The notes beneath the pieces were generated by a model that saw nothing but the letters and a program-made list of their open reading frames with translations, did not search any database and had not been told where the DNA came from. Below are positions 57,871 through 64,000 of a DNA stretch of 64,000 nucleotides, piece by piece. The DNA is taken from the NCBI GenBank assembly GCA_964603595.1, contig CAZRVN010000004.1, positions 12,680 through 76,679 of the forward strand. The letters run 5' to 3'. The DNA comes from an uncultured Actinomycetota bacterium. GTDB lineage: Bacteria; Actinomycetota; Humimicrobiia; Humimicrobiales; Humimicrobiaceae. How positions within the stretch are numbered: position 1 is the stretch's first letter; each line of letters opens with the position of its first letter. Made by a program: the position numbers and the translations under genes.

Positions 57871-58929
57871 TTATTTTATCCGCTTTGCCAGCGACTCTGT
57901 TAGTTTAAAAACCCTTTTTGATTCTTCCTCTTTCATTGTGCCCATACCGCAGGCGGGAGTAAAAATAATATTTTTTAATATATCTTCTTTTCTTATACCT
58001 TCTTTTCCAAATTTTCCCAGAACTGAGAAAAATTTATCATACAGCTCTTCTTCTGATATCCCCTCTTTATATTCTGCAGTTGGAACAAGGCCAAAAGAAA
58101 GAAAACTACCCCTTTTTAAAAACTTTTTTACTTCCTCCGGATAAAGTGCCAGTTTTCCCCCAAAACTATATGAATCAAAGCTTAAAATATCAATTCCCAG
58201 CTCAAGTATAATCCTCCAGTTCGTATTACCACAGCAATGAAGGCCAATGATAAGGTTATCCTCGCGCTCTCTTATAAAATCAATAAAGCTATTTATAAGA
58301 AAAGATACCCTTTCGTCACTAACTGCCAGGTATGCCGAGCCCAGTCCCCAGAGTGAAGGTTCATCAAAGAAAAGCACAGGTATTTTACCTATTTTCTTAA
58401 TCTCCTGCACCTGCCACAGGCCCTTCATTGCCAAGCCCAGAGTTATGGCCTCTGTAAATTCCTCATCAAAAATCATTGACTGTTTATCTTTTTTAGTCAG
58501 TGAGATCAAATATGTAACCGGCCCTGTTACCTGGACTTTAACAAAGGGGTTATCCTTATCCTTGCATTTCTCAAGCAAGGGATAAAAACCTTTAATGTAT
58601 TCAGGGCTTATCTTAAAATGATCGTAGCAGTTATATGACACGTAATCATAAAATTCAGCTATGCTCTTTTCTCTGTCTTTTGTTTCATCATAAAAAACCT
58701 GCTTCTTTTTGTAATCCTCTATCACACAGGGCAAATTCTCGGCAAACTGCAGGAACATATTTTCCCTTGGATCCCTTTTTATAAGCTGGGGTACATAAGG
58801 AATATCCGGACAATAATTTAAAATAAGGTCACATGCCTTATTTTCATCAAGAAACGGGAGACTCCCGATTCCGGTTATCCTTAAACTTTTATCCATATCC
58901 CTTAACAGCTCAATTGCTTTTTTTTGCAT
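57871..58929 (-). CDS. Single-domain MetE/UroD-like (cobalamin-independent methionine synthase C-terminal-like) protein
   Basis: TGIGSLP, KVQVTGPVT, FFDEP, GLHCCG, ILSFD, TPACGMG. Confidence 0.75.
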   Translation of the reverse strand: MQKKAIELLRDMDKSLRITGIGSLPFLDENKACDLILNYCPDIPYVPQLIKRDPRENMFLQFAENLPCVIEDYKKKQVFYDETKDREKSIAEFYDYVSYNCYDHFKISPEYIKGFYPLLEKCKDKDNPFVKVQVTGPVTYLISLTKKDKQSMIFDEEFTEAITLGLAMKGLWQVQEIKKIGKIPVLFFDEPSLWGLGSAYLAVSDERVSFLINSFIDFIREREDNLIIGLHCCGNTNWRIILELGIDILSFDSYSFGGKLALYPEEVKKFLKRGSFLSFGLVPTAEYKEGISEEELYDKFFSVLGKFGKEGIRKEDILKNIIFTPACGMGTMKEEESKRVFKLTESLAKRIK

Positions 58930-59194
58930 AAACCTTTCCTTCTTTAAAACTTCCCTGTTAATAATAAATTATATTAAACAGCAAAATATTGCCATTTCGC
59001 GTGAATGATTATAATCCATTTATATCTTTTTTTCTAATAAATGCTTTATATTTTCTTCTAAAGTCGCTTATTTTGCATATTATTTTCCTGTAATGTTTTA
59101 AGGTATGCCAAGTATCTATAAAAAACATTTACTTATCTATCAAATGGATTAAAATATTAGATATGTAATTAAAACAATAAAAGGAGATAGAAAT

Positions 59195-60022
59195 ATGAAA
59201 AAATGGCCTGTAACTTTTATTATTATCTCTATAATGCTTACAATTACATTAACGCCTCTTTACATGTTGGGCGCAAGTTCCGAAAACCTTGTTTTAAATG
59301 AAGATTTTAGCTCGGGCAATTTAGACAATTGGAGTATATCAGGCAATGTCAGTATAGTCGATGACGCAGGGAATTATGCCGCCAGTGTTGACTCAAGCGT
59401 ATTACTCTCAACATTAAGCCAAACAATTACATCAATTCCAACTAATAATTTGTTATTTAATTGCCATGTTAAACCTATAAATTTTGATGACGGGGAAATT
59501 GCCCTATTATTAGTATTAATATCTTCAGGAAACCCGATTGGAGCTATAGGAGTAGGCTTTTTTCCGGGTGCTTTTACAGTAGATGAGTGGAATTTAATAA
59601 GCTCTGAAGGTTACTATCTTCCTACAGAGTGGTTTAATGCCACAGGGCAGAAAATACCAGCTTTTGATACAGTTATTTTATCAGCGACAACTTCTTTGGG
59701 AAATCTGGTTTATTTTGATGACTTCTCCTTAGCTCCTATATATCCAGAAGCTGAGCAGGAAGAATGGGTACGCACAATGCCTATGACATGCTGGCAGGTC
59801 TGGGTAAATGAGGATGATAACTTCCAGTTTATCTTCTGGTATCCATATAAGAATAATAACTGGGTAAGAATATATGACATGGAAGGAAATATGGTTTTTG
59901 AGATAGATCTTCCTGTTAACGACCCAAATCTAATTGTTGACCTTCCTGACGGCTTTTATACAGTAAAAACATTCCATGATGACTATGAAAATCCCATACA
60001 GGAGTTTATTATAGGTAAATAG
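59195..60022 (+). CDS. Hypothetical secreted protein (CBM-like N-terminal domain, distinct Trp-rich C-terminal domain)
   Basis: Signal peptide; NLVLNEDFSSGNLDNW...VYFDDFSL; C-terminal EWVRTMPMTCWQVW...RIYDMEGNMV...QEFIIGK; RBS AAGGAG. Confidence 0.7.
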   Translation: MKKWPVTFIIISIMLTITLTPLYMLGASSENLVLNEDFSSGNLDNWSISGNVSIVDDAGNYAASVDSSVLLSTLSQTITSIPTNNLLFNCHVKPINFDDGEIALLLVLISSGNPIGAIGVGFFPGAFTVDEWNLISSEGYYLPTEWFNATGQKIPAFDTVILSATTSLGNLVYFDDFSLAPIYPEAEQEEWVRTMPMTCWQVWVNEDDNFQFIFWYPYKNNNWVRIYDMEGNMVFEIDLPVNDPNLIVDLPDGFYTVKTFHDDYENPIQEFIIGK

Positions 60023-60072
60023 TAATATATCCATCATTAAAAAATAGAAATTTTTTAAATATATTTTCCATT

Positions 60073-61500
60073 ATGAAGCACTTTTTAACTTTCCTCTTAA
60101 TAATTTTCATGCTTTTTTTAATACTTACACTTGGCTCCTGCGGAAAATCAGAACTTGAATATTTTCCGGATACCGGAGCAGCACAGGTTGAAACTTCCGG
60201 TGGCAGCCAGGAAGAGCCGGGCAATATAGAAAATGATGTAATGTTTTTTAATAGCAAAGTAAACTTCGCTTTTATCTATCCGCAGGAACATCTGATTATA
60301 TCTTCATGCCCCTGCATCACAGAAGATTATAACAGTAACCTTTTTTTAAACGTCAGCATAAATTTTATAGATAATCTTACAGGTTCAGAGAAAGAAGAGG
60401 TAGTAAATGAAAAGGAAGCCCTTGAATCAGGGAACGCCGGCTCCTACCCGGATTACTCTTTCGAACCTTCGAGAAAATTAACCCGAGTAAGTGATACTTT
60501 CGTAAAAGAGTTTCTAACACTTTCAGGATACGATGATACTTTATGTGGTATAACCTTTGACCGTGAAGCACGCTTTTATAATAACGGCTACCAGGTAAGG
60601 ATAATACTTTCAGCCGGCAAAGATAAAATAGTAGAAAGCATGGACCAGTACTTTATAAATGACGGAACAGACTGCCCCGGTCAAAAGGCCTGGGACCCCA
60701 ACAAACAGGATGAGTTTTATGAAAAACTTACAACTGGCCCACTATCAGGCCCTGCACTGGAATGGTATGATACATTTGAAGACATCATGTATCTACTCCA
60801 GATAAATGATTTCAAAGGAGCAACAGGCGGATACAGTAGACTGATAGACAGAAGATTTTTTGAAGAAAGCACCGATAAAAATTATTTAATTAGTGTTTCC
60901 TATCCGCAGTTTCAGTCTGCTGTGGCTGGCGGGCTGGATGAAAGCATAAATAAAATAATATACGAGCAAAAAGTTCTTTCTATAATCAGCGATTTCAAAG
61001 AAGAAATTTCTTCATATGAAGATGAAGGTGCCTGCCCTAACTATCTTTTAACCATGGATTATACTATATATATGTATGATGAAAATGGAATCTCTGTATG
61101 TTTTGATATATACCCCTACCTTGGAGGAGCTCACGGCTTGCTTTATTTTGAAACCATTAATTTTGATCTTGAAAAAATGAATCAGGTAGAAATAGGAGAA
61201 TTGTTTGTAAGCAATTATAATTATTACAGTTCAATATCCGGATACTGCCGGGAAAGTCTTACCAGGCAGATTAATGACATGGGTTTTGAGCCGGACATAC
61301 AACTGCTAGAAAACGGCACTGACCAGGATTGCGCCGATAATTTTAGAAACTTTCTTGTGGCCCCTTATGGTCTAATAATTAAATTTCCAGCTTACCAGGT
61401 AGCCCCATATGCAGCTGGTAGTTTTTCAGTTAATATACCCTACGAAGAGTTTAAAGGTAATTTAAATCCTGAAAGTATAATTAGAGATTATAATAATTAA
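60073..61500 (+). CDS. Lipoprotein with C-terminal DUF4163/DUF3298 (PdaC/RsiV-like) domains
   Basis: Lipobox LGSC; SVSYPQF, YLGGAHG, INFDL, FPAYQVAPYAAG...IPY. Confidence 0.75.
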   Translation: MKHFLTFLLIIFMLFLILTLGSCGKSELEYFPDTGAAQVETSGGSQEEPGNIENDVMFFNSKVNFAFIYPQEHLIISSCPCITEDYNSNLFLNVSINFIDNLTGSEKEEVVNEKEALESGNAGSYPDYSFEPSRKLTRVSDTFVKEFLTLSGYDDTLCGITFDREARFYNNGYQVRIILSAGKDKIVESMDQYFINDGTDCPGQKAWDPNKQDEFYEKLTTGPLSGPALEWYDTFEDIMYLLQINDFKGATGGYSRLIDRRFFEESTDKNYLISVSYPQFQSAVAGGLDESINKIIYEQKVLSIISDFKEEISSYEDEGACPNYLLTMDYTIYMYDENGISVCFDIYPYLGGAHGLLYFETINFDLEKMNQVEIGELFVSNYNYYSSISGYCRESLTRQINDMGFEPDIQLLENGTDQDCADNFRNFLVAPYGLIIKFPAYQVAPYAAGSFSVNIPYEEFKGNLNPESIIRDYNN

Positions 61501-61752
61501 AATACACTTCTTTAAATTCTTTTAACTTAAACCAGATTTTTTACCTATAAAAATTTTACTTTTACCTTTTTAAAATTTTATTATTTAACTTATTTTTTTA
61601 TCTTTTTTTAATCAATCAAATCTTAAAGAACGCCGCATTACACTTTTACCTGATAACCCGGCTCCTGACTGACCAGCTATACTCATTCTTAGCCAGAATT
61701 TAGTTAAAGAATAATCATTTATCGCCTGAATTTTTGAAAAATAAATTTTTAC

Positions 61753-61803
61753 TTGAAAAAAAATTTTCCATGAGCTATTATTTAATATAATTTATATATA
61801 AAT
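61753..61803 (+). promoter_or_regulatory. Putative promoter and palindrome upstream of ROK gene
   Basis: TTGAAA (61753-58), 17 nt, TATTAT (61776-81); palindrome AATTTATATATAAATT (61788-61803); AT-rich, so chance is possible. Confidence 0.45.
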
Positions 61804-61831
61804 TCAATTTATTAGTTAATTGACTTAATTA

Positions 61832-63064
61832 ATGATTTCAAATAAAAAGCTTAAAGAAGGCACCAACTTAAGAGATATGCAATCAATGAACAGGTCTCTT
61901 GTCATTAGATTGCTACGTAACAAACAAAACTGCTCACGTGCTAAACTCGCAAAAGAAACCGGCCTCAGGCAGGCCACAATTACAAATATCATAAATGATT
62001 TCATAAACTGGGGTCTTGTAGTAGAAACAGGAATAATCAATGGAGAAAAAGGAAGACGTTCTATCGGAATATCCCTTAATAACAAAAAATTCAGGTCAAT
62101 AGGCGTAAGGTTATCAAGGAATTACTTCTCTATTGGCTTGTTTGACCTATTAGGCACAGGATACAGCATAAAAGAAGAATATATTGACGCTTCAGCTGGT
62201 CCGGATGCTGCCCTAAAAAAGATGAAGAAGACAATCAATGAATATATAAGAAAAAATCTGGATAAAGTCAGGATACTGGGCATCGGTATCTCTATTCCCG
62301 GACCATATATTAAAAGCAAAGGCAGGATAGCTTTAATGACCGAATTCCCCGGCTGGGATAAGATTCTAATAGAGGGTGAATTAAAATTAACTTCTAAAAT
62401 CCCAATATATTTTGAACATGACGCTAATACCGGAGCACTGGCAGAATGGTGGTATGGATATTCCAGAAGAGCTAAAGGCACGCTTGTCTATATCCTTGCC
62501 GGTGAAGGAATTGGAGCTGGCATTGTAATAGATGGCAATCTTTACAGAGGCAGTCTCGGTATCGCCGGTGAAATTGGCCATACAAGTATTAATTTTAACG
62601 GCCCCGTTTGCAAGTGTGGCAATAGAGGGTGCCTTGAACATTATTGTTCAACAATATCCCTTGTAAATGAAGCAAAAAAGGAATTACCCGATTATCCAAA
62701 AAGTGTTTTAAATAAAGATTTATCCAAAAGTTCAATATTTTCAGCACTAAAAGAAGGCGATGAACTTGCAGAGAAGCTGGTTAATAATGCCACAAGATAC
62801 TTAGGGTTCGGGGTTGTAAATGTTATAAACACATATAATCCGGATACAATCGTTATTGGAGACGAGTTAACCCAGGCGGGGGCAAAGGTACTGGAGATTG
62901 TTAGAAACTCGGTAAGAATGCACACATTACCTGATATATACAAGAGTTTACATATAAAACTAAGTTCATTAAAGAATGACCCTGTCCTCCTGGGAGCAAG
63001 TTTCTTAGCACTAGAGAATGTTTTAAAAAATCCTTCATTATTTAAAGAATTAAATAATTTATAA
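61832..63064 (+). CDS. ROK family transcriptional regulator
   Basis: SRAKLAKETGLRQATITNII HTH, GIGISIPGP, EHDAN, GIGAGIV, GEIGH, CKCGNRGCLE. Confidence 0.95.
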   Translation: MISNKKLKEGTNLRDMQSMNRSLVIRLLRNKQNCSRAKLAKETGLRQATITNIINDFINWGLVVETGIINGEKGRRSIGISLNNKKFRSIGVRLSRNYFSIGLFDLLGTGYSIKEEYIDASAGPDAALKKMKKTINEYIRKNLDKVRILGIGISIPGPYIKSKGRIALMTEFPGWDKILIEGELKLTSKIPIYFEHDANTGALAEWWYGYSRRAKGTLVYILAGEGIGAGIVIDGNLYRGSLGIAGEIGHTSINFNGPVCKCGNRGCLEHYCSTISLVNEAKKELPDYPKSVLNKDLSKSSIFSALKEGDELAEKLVNNATRYLGFGVVNVINTYNPDTIVIGDELTQAGAKVLEIVRNSVRMHTLPDIYKSLHIKLSSLKNDPVLLGASFLALENVLKNPSLFKELNNL

Positions 63065-63349
63065 AATTAGAAATAACTGGAATTGAATAATAAAAAAAAT
63101 TTTAAAAAAGGATTAATAAAAAACTATTATTATATTAATCCTTTAAGGGAGGGATGGATATGAAACAAAAAATGGTTTGCTAAAAAATAAATTCCCTTGT
63201 CGATGAATCTATTCCAAGCAAACCACCAAAATTTTATTGGTTATCAAGAAAAAAGTAAAGCAATTCTCTTAAAAAGGAGGTGATTAGGTACACGAAATTT
63301 TTCGTCTACTAACAATGCTAAGGTTTATAAAAGAAAGGAAAATAAAAAA

Positions 63350-64000
63350 ATGAAGAAGATATTTACATCTATATTTATTCTTATAATCTCTGTTTCAGTT
63401 ATTATATCCTTTTCACTACTCGGTTGCACCGGTGAAACTACTGAAACAACTGAAACAGAAACTCAAGAAGAAACAACTACAGAAGAAGCAATTATAGAAG
63501 AAGCAGCTGCGGAAGGACCTATTTTTCTTGGATTGGCCGCACATGGAATCCGTAATGCCTGGGAAGACCTTTATGTTAAAGGCTTTCAATGGTATTGCGA
63601 TGAATTGGGAATTGCATACACAGTTACTGAATCAGGTTACGACGCTGCAATGCAGATAACCCAGGCAAAAAGGATAATTGATATGGGTGTTGACGGTCTG
63701 ATTATCTCACCTTGGGACATGGAAGCATTAAGCGAAGTTATGGATTATGCAGAAGAAAAAGGTGTTCCAGTCATCTGTACAAACACTGCGGTTAACAGTA
63801 GCTACCCCTTGATGTTCGTAGGATATGGCGCTAGAAGAGGTGGAGTACAATTAGCTGAAGCGATTGTTGAATATCTGGGAGATGATGAAGGAACAGTTCT
63901 CGAATTATCTTCAGGACCGGGTACCTCCGAGGATACCATTAGAGGCGGCGGCTTCCACGAAGTTATTGATCAATATGCTGATATTACTGTAATCACTCAA
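63350..64000 (+). CDS. Sugar ABC transporter substrate-binding lipoprotein (RbsB-like), 3'-truncated; absent from ORF track
   Basis: My translation: MKKIFTSIFILIISVSVIISFSLLGCTGETTE...GVDGLIISPWD...GVPVICTNT; RBS AAAGGA; frame open to window end. Confidence 0.88.
   Translation, partial: MKKIFTSIFILIISVSVIISFSLLGCTGETTETTETETQEETTTEEAIIEEAAAEGPIFLGLAAHGIRNAWEDLYVKGFQWYCDELGIAYTVTESGYDAAMQITQAKRIIDMGVDGLIISPWDMEALSEVMDYAEEKGVPVICTNTAVNSSYPLMFVGYGARRGGVQLAEAIVEYLGDDEGTVLELSSGPGTSEDTIRGGGFHEVIDQYADITVITQ

Noticed and set aside
58995-59006. parS-like TTTCGCGTGAAT near orphan parA
   Set aside because: Two mismatches in the core, wrong flanks, and a single copy
61621-61730. GC-richer patch in the intergenic region sharing short words (ACCAGCTA, TTTTACCTGA) with 55554-55600
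   Set aside because: Words occur in different order; no convincing repeat, ORF or RNA structure
4721-62943. Numerous shadow ORFs in the track (e.g. 4721..5068, 7340..7816, 16954..17421, 34683..35267, 43684..44115, 50088..50492, 60009..60257)
   Set aside because: They lie antisense or out of frame within well-supported genes and have no motifs
1-64000. tRNA, rRNA, CRISPR arrays, IS elements
   Set aside because: No T-loop/cloverleaf, spaced direct-repeat array, transposase or terminal inverted repeats seen by eye; tRNAscan/Infernal/CRISPR finders would be decisive

Overview
AT-rich, densely coding bacterial chromosome segment from what looks like an anaerobe (Rnf complex, flavodiiron protein, superoxide reductase, Dps-like thioferritin). 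A low-GC Actinomycetota lineage is my tentative guess; it is not demonstrable from this window. I found no rRNA, tRNA, CRISPR array, integrase or transposase. Layout: (1) 0.3-13 kb, a DNA/protein-repair cluster with TWO PolX-PHP paralogs (one canonical, one with a degenerate polymerase site), a DUF763-polX-nth overlapping operon, pcm, and an Mre11-like/Rad50(YhaN)-like pair; (2) 13-20.6 kb, rnfCDGEAB preceded by apbE and a SAF-domain oxidoreductase; (3) 22.7-32.3 kb, a LacI-regulated beta-1,3-glucan locus (ABC transporter, GH161-type phosphorylase, CBM-GH16); (4) 32.3-38.8 kb, a GT4/GT4/(alpha/alpha)-barrel-like/GH130 cluster next to a DUF4214-LCP protein; (5) 38.9-52 kb, oxidative stress, lipid, c-di-GMP and metal genes, including a zupT interrupted by one in-frame TAA; (6) 52-64 kb, SIMPL, DegV, orphan ParA, lipoproteins, and a ROK regulator with the start of a sugar ABC operon that has a structured leader. 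Best candidates for undescribed biology: the DUF763-PolX-Nth operon with its inactive PolX twin, and the GT4-GH130 mannoside locus. All family assignments come from motif recognition by eye; no database search was run.
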